A stretch of DNA of 64,000 nucleotides from Mobula hypostoma. Its lineage: Eukaryota. The stretch covers positions 102,674,001 to 102,738,000 of the forward strand of contig NC_086097.1 of assembly GCF_963921235.1 (NCBI RefSeq), given 5' to 3'. A program made the position numbers and the translations under genes. The notes beneath the pieces were generated by a model. It did not search any database. It was not told the origin of the DNA and was given only the letters and a program-made list of their open reading frames with translations. Below, piece after piece: positions 13,806 through 27,384 of this stretch; positions within the stretch are counted from its first letter, which is position 1; each line of letters opens with the position of its first letter.

Positions 13806-13974
13806 GCAGCATCTGTGAAAAAGATCGGTCGATGTTTCAGGTCGGAACCTTTCATCAGGTTCCGGCCCGAAATGTCGACCGATCTTTTCCACAGATGCTG
13901 CTTGACCTGCTGAGTTCCTCCAGCGTGTTGTGAGTGTTGCTTTGACCCCAGCATCTGCAGATTATTTTGTGTTT
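13806..13974. repeat. Penelope terminal-repeat derivative forming an inverted repeat, with degenerate hammerhead core
   Basis: gcagcatctgtgaaaaagatcggtcga ... tcgaccgatcttttccacagatgctgc arms; minus strand reads CTGATGA-aaggttccgacct-GAAAcATC. Confidence 0.7.
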
Positions 13975-14085
13975 AAATGGAGGGAATCCCAGCTATTTTC
14001 TCAATTAGTTTTTGTTCTTTAAGATTGGTCCCAAATAAACAACTGCCCTGAATAACCAATGTTCCAATGAACTGGAATCCACCGT
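13975..14085. mobile_element. Right-end fragment of a Tigger/pogo-like element
   Basis: agggaatcccagcta...tcccaaataa...ggaatccaccgTA matches the right end of the element at 29545-30565. Confidence 0.7.
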
Positions 14086-14087
14086 AT

Positions 14088-14388
14088 ATCAAAGGTTTCA
14101 AAGGTACATTTAATGTCAGAGGAATGTATCCAATATACATCCTGAAATACTTTTTCTTCGCAACCATCCATGAAAACAGAGGAGTGACCCCAAAGAATGA
14201 ATGCCAGTTAAATATTAGATCCCCAAAGCCCTGCTCCCACGCGTAAGCAGCAGCAAAGCAACGATCTCCCCTCCCCCACCAGCAAAAAAAAAGCATTGGT
14301 ACCCACCACCGAGCATTCAAACATGCAGCAAAGACACAGACTTGCAGTACCCCAAAGACTACTCGTTCACCTAGCACTGAGTATACCA

Positions 14389-14423
<35 letters not shown>

Positions 14424-14583
14424 TCCTTCCCCCTCCCCCTCCCGGAAGCCATGCTAGTCTTCTAGGCCGTGTCCTTGGTATGTCGAATAGCGGCCAGTTG
14501 TGAGACCCCGAGAGCAGGTCCCATTCCCGCAAAGAACCAAAGTCAGCGTGTAACTTCAGGTCAGAGTCTTCAAAAGAACCCTG
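14088..14583 (-). mobile_element. Second, internally deleted copy of the 1692-2497 repeat, containing a (GT)n microsatellite at about 14391-14422
   Basis: Shared blocks tttaatgtcagag, gacttgcagtaccccaa and gtcttcaaaagaaccctga. Confidence 0.65.
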
Positions 14584-14585
14584 AG

Positions 14586-15990
14586 ATTTGAATGAAAATG
14601 TAGATGACTGGATTAGCAAATTTGCGAAGCACACCCAGATTCGTTGAGTTGTGGAAAGTGTAAGTGACTATCAAATACAGAGATACATAAGTCAGTTACA
14701 GATATGGACATAGAAGTGGCAGATGGTGTTTAATCTGGGCAAGTGTGGGGTGTTTCACTTTGGGAGGTGAAAGGGTAGGAGGAAGTGTACACTTCAGATT
14801 CAAATTCATTTACTTATCACGTGCATTGAAACACACAGTGAAATGTGTCATTCATGTTAACAATCAACACAACCTAATGATTTGTGCTGGGGCCACCCTG
14901 CAAACCCATGATCCTCGACAGAGCATCTTAGAGCACAACAAAACAGAACATATAAGTAACAAAACAACAACAGCAAAACAAGTCCTGTTCATCCCTCCCG
15001 AATAGTGTGCGCACACAGTTCTGAAAGTATAGGACAGGTCACCTCCGGCTTCCAGCATCCTCATTTATTCATGAACATTGGGTGCAGGTTCAGGGCTTTA
15101 ACTGTTGGGCCTTGACTTTTGAATTTCTAATTGACCTTTGAGCTTTGATCTTCAGTATCGACCCCAGGACTCACCGATCATAGCAATAAATGAGGACCCT
15201 GAACTCCAGGCCTTCAAACCCTAGACTTGCCGATGATGTGTCACTGAACATTAGGCCTTGAACTCCAGTCACACCGACTCATTTACCTCATGGATTGCCA
15301 GCAATTATTCCTTCTGACTAGACAGAATTCCGGAACCAGCCAATGATTTGCTGGAGTGGACTTGGTGTGCAGGGAGTGATCTTGAGATCAAGGTCCATAT
15401 ACACAAGAAGCCTATGGAATCATTGCCTGTATTGGAAGTGTGTTGAATACAAGAATAAGGAAGTCATGGTGCAACTATATAAAACTTCAGCCAGGCAACA
15501 CCTGGAATATTGTGTGTGATTCTGGTCACACCATTGTACGAAGGATGTGGATGTTGTGAAAAGGTGCAAATGTAGTTTTCCAGAGTGCTGTCTGGATTAG
15601 ATGATATGAATAATAAGGATCGGTCTCCTTGGTGTCAGGGGCTGAGGGGAGATGTGACAAATGTTTTTAAAATTGGGTGGCATAGATAGGTTAGCCAGTC
15701 AGAATCTATTCCCCAGAGTGGAAATGTCAACCAGAGGACATACTTTTAAGGTTGGAGGAAGATTCTTTTTAAGAGGGAGTGGTAGTTGCTGGGAAAGGGT
15801 TACAAGGGGTAGAAGTGGAAGCATGCAATTTGTTTGAGTTTAAGAGGCTTTTAGACACGTGAATATGAAGGGAATGGAGGAATATGATGATAACCAGGAG
15901 GAGTTCATTTAGTATAAATTGTGTCAAATTCAGCACTATATCATGGGCCAAATGGCCTGTCTAGTGCAGTACTGTTCCATGTTCTGCTGA
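14586..15990 (+). mobile_element. Old CR1 fragment interrupted by another repeat (about 14795-15350)
   Basis: Degenerate WISKFA, RPHLEYCV-like DNA (cacctggaatattgtgtg) and CR1 3' UTR. Confidence 0.65.
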
Positions 15991-17916
15991 AGGGTCTATC
16001 ACCATATTCATCATGGCATTAATTTGCTCCTATATTTTATGGTCCATGATCATGCCTGATATGTGTTCCTTCAGTAATTTGTGTGTTACTCCACGTTTCC
16101 AACATCTGCTAAATTTTGTGTCTCCAATAAATAACCCTTACTATTTTTTAATTAAATAGATTTAAACATATTTTGGATTTTTAATTTTTCTTTTAAATTT
16201 AGTTTTCTATTTTTTTTTACATTTTAATACTTGGTGTTTTTGATTGCTTGGATGTCAAGGAGATCTACAGGTGTTCTATTTAAATTTCGGTAGCTTGGAT
16301 AACCAGGAAGCCTTAGAGTGAGCTTCATCATCTTCTGAAGCCTTTCTAATAATTCTTCTGGGGAGAAAACCTGCACTGAGTTGGGTGGCACAAGTCATGG
16401 AGAGATATGACACCAAAACTGACTTCACTCTGTGCCAACTATCATACCCAGTTTTACAATAATGATACTTTAATGCATTTTATTCTCCTTAACATTCCAA
16501 TCAACTTCTCTTATTCTGTTACTCATTTACACATTGGAGGCAGTTAATAGTGATCAAATAGCTTGGCAACTCGCATATTTTTGGGACTTGGGGAAAAAGG
16601 CCTATCCAGTCACGGGGAATGTGTAAACCCCACACAGTGCCAGGCGTCAGGGCACAGCCTGGTCAGTGGAAGAGAGAGGCAGCCACTCCACACACTGTGA
16701 ATTATGGTGTCCTGAAGAAGAGAGAATGTATCATAATCATATTATCATTGACACAAAAATGGGCTCTTCAGCTCACCACGTTCGTGCCAAACTGTTGCCA
16801 GCATTTATTCTGTAAACTATAATGATTCAACTGCAAATCCAGATGGAACTTAAATTTCCTCTAGCTCGTGCCTGAAGCAGTTGCTCTGGAAAAAGAAAGC
16901 AATTAAGAAGCACAAACACTTATTCATTGAGTATTGCAGCATGGAAAAAGGTCTTTTGGCCCATACTTGTCTATACCAACCAAGATAAATATTCAAAAAC
17001 TAATCCCATCTACTGGCACTTGGCCCATATCATTCTAAACTCTAGACATCCATATATCTATCCACAAACTACTGATCTACCTGCCTGAACCACTTCTAGC
17101 AGCAGGTTCCGTATATCTACCACCTGTAGTGTTTTTTTAAGAAGCATCCTTCCAAGCCTTTCACCTCTAATCTTAAAACTATGTTCTCTTGGTTTTTAAT
17201 TTCCCAACCCTGGAAAAAGACTGCCCACCCTGTCTCTGCCCTCAGTTTTATATACCTCCTGAGATCACCATTCAGTCTCCTGTGCTCCAAGGAGCAAAGT
17301 CGAACCTCTCTCTATAACTCAGTCCCTCAACATCCTTGTAAATCTTTTTTGACCTCTTTCTAGTTTAATCACATCCTTCCTATACAGGATGGCCAAAACT
17401 GAACTCGATAATTATTCCTCGTATATGCTTATATGTGGATTATCTGCTCCACCACCTTTTTGGACAGCACATTCCTGATTCCATCCACCCTCTACCTGCA
17501 GTAAAAAGTTTCTCAAATCCTCGTTACTCCTATGGCTCTTACTCCTCACTTTAAACCTATCCTTTCTGTTCTCTGACTATTTCTGCCATGGGGAGAAGTT
17601 TCTCTTACCATCTACCCAGTCTATGCTTTTCATAATGGTGTTAATCCTTTCAGGCTGCTCCTCTGCTGTCTGTGCTCAGAAGACTACCTCAGCCAACCCT
17701 GGCTCTCATAACTGACACATTACTTCCTCACTATCCATCAGTGGAAGTTTTGCCCCATTCATTTAGAAAATGAGAGAGCTTATAAGTGTAGGAATTTACT
17801 TGATGAGAATTCTTGGCAACTAAAGTCTTATACCAATGTTTGGATGACTATAACTTTTGTGCACCAATTATTTTCGCTCTCTTCAACCTCTTAAATGAAG
17901 ATAATTTGTTTTGCAG

Positions 17917-18071
17917 CTCTTCCACCTCCTGTCCCCCCTCAGTTCTACGCAACATTTGCAAAGGTTGCAAACATTTTGAAATGTGACGTTTTTATGCTGA
18001 TCATCAGAACAGTTCTTCAACGAGCTGTAGATTCCATTGGGCAGTTGTGCAATGAAGCAATGGTGCAGAAG
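17917..18071 (+). CDS. UBR1: UBR1 coding exon 2 (LPPPVPPQFYATFAKVANILKCDVFMLIIRTVLQRAVDSIGQLCNEAMVQK)
   Basis: ttgcag| acceptor, |gtatgg donor; 155 nt. Matches the UBR1/2 ALPPPxPPxF...L.CD...RT...RA block. Confidence 0.93.
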
Positions 18072-18759
18072 GTATGGACTTGGAACATGTTGATTACCTC
18101 CAAGTTAATTATGAAAAAATAGAATGGTTTTACTGTACTTTGCAGTAATTCAAAAATGGTATAATGCAACTATTAACCTGCATTTTGAGAACAAAGAAAT
18201 GGAGACTGTTGTCTTTTATATTGCATTTGTAAAAGTAATTTTATTTTGTATTCCATGTTCCTTCAGCTTTTCATTTTAACCTGTTAACTATCGACTTTCA
18301 GCTGTGTAAAAACTAAAGTTGTATCCTAATTGCTGGAGATTGTTGGATCTTTCATGTTAAAACTGAGTGCTAAATAGGAGTTTGCAAAAAGGACAGTCTT
18401 GTTGATCTACTTCTCACCTTTATTTTTATTTGTTTGGATGCCACAAATCCTGCATACCGATACTGTAAGATTTGCCCAAATGCAGTTCCTCTTAAAGTGC
18501 AGTTCCATGTGAAAAGTCACAGAGCAGCTTGAAGTCTAAGTTGTTGTGGCATGAAATTCAAATTCATTTGAACCACTTCCATTAGTGGTACTTGCTGAAA
18601 GTAGAAATCCCAGAATGTGGAGCAGGGGGAGAATGGTAGATCAAATACCAAAGCATTTCAAAGTTGATTTTTAAATTAGTTGACTGGTTTTAATATTTAC
18701 TTTGTTAACATATTTTGTGTGGCTTGTGGCATCAGAGCGTGTTTTTCATCATCATGTAG

Positions 18760-18862
18760 ACCCTTCATCTCATCTGCTTGGCTTTGCAAGAAGAACAGAG
18801 ACAGCTCGAAGGAGTCACTGCAGAGGAGGATGTGACATTTGATGTGTACCTCAAAGCAACAA
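18760..18862 (+). CDS. UBR1: UBR1 coding exon 3 (TLHLICLALQEEQRQLEGVTAEEDVTFDVYLKAT)
   Basis: tgtag| acceptor, |gtaagt donor; 103 nt. Resembles UBR1 AFHILALGLLEEKQQL...EEEVTFDFYHKAS. Confidence 0.92.
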
Positions 18863-19671
18863 GTAAGTTGGCTGCTTTGGCATTTGGAACCTGCTTCTAT
18901 GCTAATGGTTTATAATGTTCCTTTGCAGTTAAATCAAAATCACGCTGCATAGAAACTGCATTCCCACTTTAAAACTGAGATCATAGTAGACCAATGTCAG
19001 CACCAATACTATTCAAGGGCTTATTATTCAAAATTACATTTTGATGTTTTGGATGGGTTCCAGGTAAACTAGGTCACAATATTTTGTGATTGTAGTCAAC
19101 TGTCTTGATTTCTATCCAAGGGATTTGAACTTGTGCACCCCCATCCCTTCCCACCCCGAAATGAACTTCCCACAGTCTGATGAGCATGCTGCTGTCATCC
19201 TGTTAGCTATCTTTGTTAGCACATGGCATAGATCTTCCCTTCCCTTGGGTGGTATGTGTTTTGTCAGGAGATAACATATTATCCAAAGTTGTCTCTTCCA
19301 TTAGTTGTCAAAATTAAAATTCCTTACATGATTCCTTCTAATTTTTTTCGTATTAAGGGAGTTTCATATTTAATGCCATGTTATTATTTTTCTTGAATTT
19401 GTAAACTTTTCAGCTATTGCACATTTGAATTTTGACTGCCTTTTCATTTGCTTACAAATGCCGTCCAAGCACAGTTTTTTCCAGATATATAGCCTTGCTG
19501 CTGTTACTGCGAAGTGAATCAGAATTTTTAAATGATTTTTTTAAATTATCTGACTTTACACAGCATTTCATGTGAAAATATCTTAGTCAATATATAGTAC
19601 AAGACCAGTTTACTTCTATTCTTCTACGTGTGTATTTGGTTTTCTTAAAATCATTGTTTGGTATTTTGAAG

Positions 19672-19781
19672 GGATAGGTAGTTCTGCCGTGAATGCTGAG
19701 AGCATCCTGACACTCCTGGAGAAACTAAAACATGTACATCAATTAGATGCCCAGAAGGACATGATTGTTTATACCTTACAG
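19672..19781 (+). CDS. UBR1: UBR1 coding exon 4 (RIGSSAVNAESILTLLEKLKHVHQLDAQKDMIVYTLQ)
   Basis: tgaag| acceptor, |gtaaag donor; 110 nt. Resembles UBR1 RLGSSAMN...LLEKLK...QLEGQKDMITWILQ. Confidence 0.92.
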
Positions 19782-20788
19782 GTAAAGCTGATAACGTACT
19801 AGACTTCTGGTCGTGTTTTCTGATTTTGAAAGTTTCAGAACTAAGATTTGAGAGATATGGAATTAAGCAAGCAAATAAGAGTTAAAGAGCTCTCTCATAA
19901 CACAATGATAGAATGATCTTGTATACCTGAGAAGCTTCCTTCTGTTACCATGTTCTTTCATTGCACAATGATTTAGTAGTTGAATGTTAGCTTTCTACAC
20001 CTGGGCTGTAAGTTAAAAGACCTGTACACTCTATTTCTTTCATGGAAAATAAATTCCGCAGTCTTGCCCAAACTACTTCAGAGATTGATAGGCCATCTGA
20101 AGAGCTTTTTGTGACTGAACAAACATTTTGGTAAAACTCTTCAGGGCTGCTTACAGATATTTCCTCAGATGAGAAAGAGTAAGAGTGCATTATCCTTAAA
20201 TTAGAGCTACTCCATTCACGACTGAAATCAGAAAGTATTTTCTTGTAATTGGTAGAGAATTTGCCAGACTAAAATTTGTTGATTTTTGTTTTTAATGAGA
20301 AATACAGACCAGGTTTGAGTAAATGTGGTTAGAGTGATGTGACTGAATGGTGAAGGTAGGCTCATGAGACTGACTCGCTAGTGTTCTTTACTAGGACTGT
20401 TAAATTTAATTGTTGAAGCTTTTTTTTTCTCTTTTTAAATCTTTTTATTGAATTAGTACACAAAAGGTAAACCAAATAGGCACTGATACACAGTTGCAAT
20501 ATAACTTTACAAGAGATATTAATACACAAAAAAAAGTTAGTACAAACAGTGCAGTTTAGATATAAAATAACCAGGTAATATAATAGTATACTAATTTTCA
20601 AATATGTCAATAAGGAAAAAAAACCCACGGTGCAAGTAAACTAAAAAGCAAAGCAAAGGAATGGGCTAACTAGGTATCAAGTAGAGTTAAACAACTTAAA
20701 ACAATCACGTCCTCAAACCCGACCTCCATTAAAAACAGTTAAAAAGCAAGAAGGGAATGTAAATATGGCCAGAGAAAGGAAAAAAAAG

Positions 20789-23700
20789 TTACATTAAATG
20801 AAAGTGTTGAATAAAAGATCTCCAAGTCTGTTCAAATTTGACTGAAGAATCATAAAGATTACTTCTAATTTTCTCCAGATTTAAACATAGTATCGTCTGG
20901 GAAAACCAAAAGAATGTAGTTGGAGCATTAATCTCCTTCCAATGTTGTAAGATACATCTTTTCGCCATTAAAGTAAGAAATGCAATCAATCTACGGGCTG
21001 AGGGGGAAAGATTACTGGAAATTCTAGGTAATCCAAAGATAGCAGTAATAGGATGGGGAGAAATATCTATATTCAATACCTTTGAAATAATATTAAAAAT
21101 ATCTTTCCAAAAAGTTTCCAGAGTAGGACAGGCCCAAAACATATGAGTTAAAGAAGCTATCTCCCCATGTCATCTGTCACACAAAGGGTTAATATGAGAA
21201 TAAAAACGAGCTAATTTATCTTTAGACATATGTGCTCTATGGACAACTTTAAATTGAATTAGGGAGTGTTTAGAACAGATAGAGGAAGTATTAACTAGTT
21301 GTAAAATATGCGCCCAGTCATCCACCGGAATAATAAGACCCAATTCCTTTTCCCAATCTGACCTAATCTTATCAAATGGAGCTTTCCTAAGTTTCATAAT
21401 AGTATTATAAATAATAGCCGTTACACCTTTCTGACATGGATTAAGGTTAATTATAGTATCTAAAATATATGTAGGAGGTAGCGTCGGAAAGGAAGAGAGT
21501 ATAGTACTTAGGAAATTTCTAACTTGGAGATATCTAAAAAAAATGTATTCTTGGTAAGTTATATTTGTTAGATAATTGCTCAAAGGACATAAGGGAACCA
21601 TCTAAAAATAAATCCAAAAACCGTGAAATACCATTAGTCTTCCAAATTTGAAAGGCACAGTCAGTGGAAGAGGGAGGGAAGAATATGTTACCTAAAATAG
21701 GAATCGCAAGCCCAAATTGATTAAGATCGAAAAATTTTCGGAATTGAAACGAAATATGTAAGGTATATTTAACCATCAGGTTACAAACCAGTTTACAGCG
21801 TTTCAAATCAAAAGGAAAAGAAGAACCTAAAATGGAGCCAAGTGCAGATTGTAATTCCAATACTACCCATTTAGGAATGGATAGTGTATCTTGATCAAGT
21901 AACCAAAATTTCATGTGTCGAATATTAATTGCCCAATAATAGAATCTAAAGTTAGGTAATGCGAAACCTCCATCTCTCTTAGCTTTCTGTAGATGTATTT
22001 TACCCAGTCTCGGGTTTTTATTTTGCCAAATAAATGAAGAAATTTTAGAGTCAACTTTATCAAAAAAGAATTTGGGAACAAAAATCGGTAGTGCCTGAAA
22101 TACATATAAAGATTTTGGAAGAATAAACATCTTAATAGCATTAATACGACCAATCAAAGTTAAATAAAATGGAGACCATTTAAATGAAAGTTGAGTAATA
22201 TGATCGATTAAGGGTAGGAAATTAGTCTTAAATAAATCTTTATATTTACAGGTAACTTTAATCCCAAGTTATGAAAAATGATTATTAACCAATTTAAATG
22301 GAAGATTCTAATACAAGGGAAGTTGCTTATTAATCAGAAAAAGTTCACTCTTATCGAGATTTAACTTATAACCTGAAAAAAGACTAAATTGTGCTAATAA
22401 ATCTAAAGCAGCAGGGATAGATTTTTGAGGATTAGAAATATATAAAAGTAAGTCATCAGCATAGAGTGATACTTTATGGGACTTTAAACCCCGAGTTAAC
22501 CCAATAATATTTGGAGATTCTCAAATGGCAATTGCAAGAGGTTCTAATGCAATATCAAATAATAAGGGACTAAGAGAACAACCTTGTCTGGTACCTCGAA
22601 AATGAGGGGAAAAAAGGTGAGCTTAAAGAGTTAGTACAGACTGAGGCCATAGGAGAGTGATATACCAATTTTATCCAGGATATAAATTTCGGACTGAAAT
22701 TGAACATTTCAAGCACCTTAAATAAGTAAGGCCATTCGACTCTGTCGAAGGCTTTTTCAGCGTCTAGGGAAATGACGCACTCAGGATCATTTTGTGAGGG
22801 AGTATAAACAATGTTTAACAGTATACGAATGTTATAAAAAGAGTAACGACCTTTAATAAAACCTGTTTGGTCTTCCGAAATAATATAAGGAAGTGCTTTT
22901 TCTAATCTGTTTGCTAATAATTTAGAAAAGATTTTAGAATCAACATTTAATAAGGATATTGGTCTATAAGATGCACATTGAGCAGGATCTTTATCCTTCT
23001 TTAATATTAAAGAGATCGATGCTCTATAGAAGGATTCAGGAAGTTTACTAAGTTTTAATGAGGCCTTCAAAACCCTGAATAACCAAGGGATTAATGAAGA
23101 TGCAAAACATTTATAAAATTCCACGGTAAACCCATCAGGACCAGGAGCTTTCCCTGGACTCATAGAGAAAATAACCTTCTTAATCTCATCAGTTGTAAAG
23201 GAAGTGTCAAGCATAGAAGATATATCATGTGAAATCTTAGGGAAATCTAGGTTATCTAAAAAGTCATACATATATTTAGAGTCTCGTGGAAACTCTGATT
23301 GATATAAAGAGGAATAAAAATCAAGAAAAGATTGATTAATCTCAGCTTGATCAGATATCAGTTGATCATTTTGATTATAAATCTGATTAATTTGAAATTT
23401 GGAATAGTTAGTCTTCAACTGGTTACCCAACAGCTTACCAACTTTGTCACTATGTATATAAAATTCACTTCTTGTTTTCATTAATTGATTTGTAATCGAG
23501 GATGAAAGTAATAAACTATGTTCCATTTGAAGTTCAGTTCTTTGTTTATACAACTTCTTAGAGGGAGCCGTAGCGTATGTCTTATCAATTTCCTTAATCT
23601 TGTCTACAATGAACAGCTCCTCATCCTTCAACCTCTTCCTCAAAGCGGCAGAATACGAGATGATCTGACCACGAATATAAGCTTTAAAAGTGTCCCAAAG

Positions 23701-24556
23701 GATGTTCATAGAAATATCTTCTGTATAGTTGATTGTAAAAAAAGAGATCAATCTGTTCATTCATAAAGTTAACAAAATCCGAGTCCTGAAGCAACAACGA
23801 ATTAAAACGCTATTGTCTATTATTTGGTGTGTTGGCCAATATTTTAATAGAAAGTTTAAGTGGAGCATGATCTGAAATGGTTATAGAGTCATATTCACAT
23901 TTGACCACTGAAGGAATAAGACGAGAGTCAATAAAAAAATAATCGATTCTTGAATAGGAATGGTGAACATGTGAAAAAAAGGAAAAATCTTTTTCCTGAG
24001 GGTGCAAAAAACGCCAAATGTCCGTCGATCCGGAATCTGAAAGGAATGAGTTAATCAAGGTTGCAGATTTATTGGGTAAGGTCCGTAAAGGAGCCGAACG
24101 ATCCAAAGATGGAGATAAGCAAGTATTAAAATCCCCGCCCCAAATTAGTGAAAACTCATTCAAATTGGGGAAGAAATTAAATAATGATTTATAAAATTCC
24201 GGACAGTCCATGTTGGGAGCGTAAACATTAACCAAAACTACCTTTTTATCAAACAGTAAACCACTAACTAATAGAAATTTGCCATTCGGATCAGAAATAA
24301 TATCGTGTTGTACAAAAGTGATTGAGGGATCTATAAAAATAGAAACCCCTCGAATCTTAGCGTTGGAATTCGAATGGAAGTGTTGATCCTTCCAGAATTT
24401 GAAAAAACGTAATCTGTCCCCCCTCCGCACATGGGTCTCTTGTAAAAATAGAACATGTGCTTTAAGTCTCCGGAATACTTTAAAAACTTTTTTCCTTTTT
24501 ATTGGATGATTAAGACCATTAGTATTCCAAGAGACAAGATTAATAGTAGACTCCAT
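20789..24556 (-). pseudogene. L1 ORF2p (APE endonuclease, RT, C-terminal Cys/His region), fragmented
   Basis: Collinear ORF pieces 23810..24571, 22570..23760, 21534..22157, 21170..21601 and 20789..21142 separated by stops and frameshifts. Confidence 0.92.
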
Positions 24557-25254
24557 AAACCCTAAAGTCAACCCGCAAAAAGAGGAGGATTGACAATAGG
24601 TTCAAGCCATGCACCCGGAAAGGGAACAGAACAAACAAGAGATAACGGGAAGGAGAACGCGACCAATAGTTCAGTAATATAAGTAGCCCAAGAGAAAAAA
24701 AACTAAAAAGTGAAGCCCCTCCCACCCACCCTCGAACCCCCAAAGCTAAATCTAAGATAGACCAGCCAGAAAGAAGCAAGCACTAGAACTACCCCTATGA
24801 CTTCCGATAGACACTCGCTAAAAAAGTATATATATAAGAGGATCAGCTAAAGTTATAAAACAGTAGAAAAATTTTAAAAAGTACACCAATTAAAGCAAAC
24901 CCGATATAATATAAAGAAAAAACAGGTAAATATAAAGAAAACCATTAACCAACAACATACCATGTAGTTAAACAAGAAAATAAGACAATTAACATAGACT
25001 AGTGAGGAAAACTACAAAAAGTACGTTTGAAAACTACAAAATTTAAGGCCTTAAAGGAAATACATAAAATGATGCAGAGGAAATAACCACCCAGAATCCC
25101 GAAGGAAAAAGAAAGGAATGATGCAGTTAGAAAAAAATTTGGCAGCCATATTAATTAACCGAAAAAAAACTTTTCTGCCCTCATATAAAGGAAAAAAATT
25201 AAAAAAAACAGATTAACTGCATTCGAACAAATAGAGATGGTTTAATAATTGCGA

Positions 25255-26109
25255 TTAAGATGTTGAAGGCGAAAATTGATCAAGGTAACTCTGGGCTTCC
25301 GATGGAGAGTCGAAAAAACGGGAAGAGCCATCAGGCAAACGAATCTTCAAACGTGCAGGATAAAGCAACACTGGTTTTGAATCCATCTTGTAGAGTTCCA
25401 ACATCACAGATCTATAACGGACACGTTGATCCCGAACCGACTTACTAAAATCCTTTACCAGCCGGAACCGAAGCTGTGAGTAATCAATGTAACCTTTAGG
25501 TCGAGCGAATGGAAGCAATTTCTCCTTGTCTTGAAAATAATGAAATCGTAAAATAACATGCCGAGGTTTATCTGACTTAGACGAATATAATGGGACTCTG
25601 TGAGCCCAATCCAATAGTGGTGGTTGGTCAGGAAATAAGGTAGGGAACGCATCTTTTAAAAGTTGAGAAAAGAACTTTACAGGGTCATCAGATTCAGCAG
25701 CTTCACGAATACCAATAATTCGAATATTCTGTCGTCGCATTCTGCATTCTAAGTCCAAGTTTTTAAAAGTCAGAAAGTCAAGTTTTTTCTTCATTCCAGT
25801 AATTGTCTCTTCAATTTTCCCCATCTTGAGTTCATTTTGTTGTGTGGATTTTTGAAGATTAGATATAGCAGTCTGATGTTCCATGATAGATGTTTCCATT
25901 TTATCGATTACATCAATAATTTTCTGCAGTTTAGTTGAAATTTCCACATGAATCAGATCCGTTATAGTAGTTGAAATTTCCGTTTGAATCAGATCCGATA
26001 TAGCTTTCAAAGTTTACGCTGGTTCAGTCGGAGGAGGATCGGTAACTTTCGGTCTAACCGGAGATTTGCCTTCTTTCCCGTTCTTAGACACGGCAGATCT
26101 TAAAAACAT
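25255..26109 (-). pseudogene. L1 ORF1p (coiled coil plus RRM/CTD)
   Basis: DLECRMRRQNIRIIGI, KPRHVILRF and LYPARLKI motifs; in-frame TAA near 26014 separates the N-terminal part. Confidence 0.88.
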
Positions 26110-27306
26110 CCAAATATCAAAAAAAAAAGAATTTGTTGCAAGGAGTTATGAAAATCGGTGCCTTAATGGTTGGCTTAAATGTAGCTGATCATAGGAAAAA
26201 ACTCAGAGGTAATAGAGCGAGTCAAGAAGATGACTTCAGTCCATGAGCGCTACCGGAAGTCCCCAATTGTTGAAGCTTTCTGACCAAATATGTTATTGTG
26301 AAGATAGATTGAAATAGACAAATAAATAACTGACATTTATTTTCATTGTAATATTTCCTGATTTTTAAAAACTTAGAACTGTCACATTGTATACAACAAG
26401 ACTTACTTTGATTTGTGACTCAAACTTAATGGGAATTAGTCTTGCGGCCTAAGGTAGTTCTGGTGAGCATCTGAGCATGGGCTTGATTGACTACTGTTTG
26501 GGAAATGGGTCAGTTCATCTGAAATGGAGAGATTCCAGGCCCTTTCAGTTCTTTGAATTGCAAATCTACAACATTTTCTAACATAGTTTATTAAAAGCTA
26601 TTATAAAATTCATGGAATTATGTTTGGAGTGAGGTTCATCCTAAACGATTTGAAGTTGCCATGTGATCTGCAAGAAATACCAAATTGTAATTTATGAACT
26701 TCAGAGTTGTAATGGATTTTTGATTTTTGATTTTTAAATGATATTTTGAGTATCCTGCAGTCATCTTCCACTGTTCTGTTGAAGGTTTATCACAAGCAGT
26801 AAGCCCTTGTTATATTCATCACAATGCGAATGTTGTCATTATGTAATCTAATACAAGTGAAAATCAGTGCTGGAAATATTCAGCATGTCCGACTGTAGGG
26901 AAAAGGAATGAAGCAAACATTTCATATCAAAGATCCTTTGTCAGAAAAATGACTTTTGTCACAGATGCAGTTTGACATGCTGAGTACTTCCATAACCTTC
27001 TGTTTTTATTTTATTATCTAAACTATGCAATGAATTGACAGTTATTTGGGTTACATCTGGAATAATTGCAGAACCTTTCCTTAAAATCAATGGACTTTTG
27101 TCAAAAAAAAAGATTTCACTCCAGTTCACCTGGGAGAAATAGTTAACTTGTAAGAAAACTTTATACTTTAGATAGTCTCAGGTAGCCTTGCCATATAGCT
27201 TTCAAAACTATAGTATGGTTAATGTGAATGAAAGGTGAGACATTTGCACCATGTGCTCTCCAGATAGAACATTTGAAGGAATAAATGTACATCTATATAT
27301 TTCCAG

Positions 27307-27384
27307 ATGTTTGATGTTGTGAAAAGGCTGAGAGAGAAATCGAGCCCCAGTTCAGCAGACATTGACATCCAAAGGGCAAATGAG
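27307..27384 (+). CDS. UBR1: UBR1 coding exon 5 (MFDVVKRLREKSSPSSADIDIQRANE)
   Basis: ttccag| acceptor, |gtaatg donor; 78 nt. Resembles UBR1 MFDTVKRLREKS. Confidence 0.92.

Larger units (their letters stand above)
20423..26264 (-). mobile_element. Full-length L1-clade LINE (about 5.84 kb), inactivated
   Basis: 15-bp TSD aattgttgaagcttt (20408-22, 26265-79); 5' GGGGACTTCCGG start; ORF1 about 25255-26109; ORF2 endonuclease (SWNTNGL, LQETH, GGDFN, SDH) and RT (SLYADD); AATAAA plus A-tail. Confidence 0.96.

Noticed and set aside
26865..27012. Old terminal-repeat hairpin with hammerhead-like remnant
   Set aside because: Too degenerate (minus strand CTGACAA...GAAATGTT); counted only as a decayed repeat.
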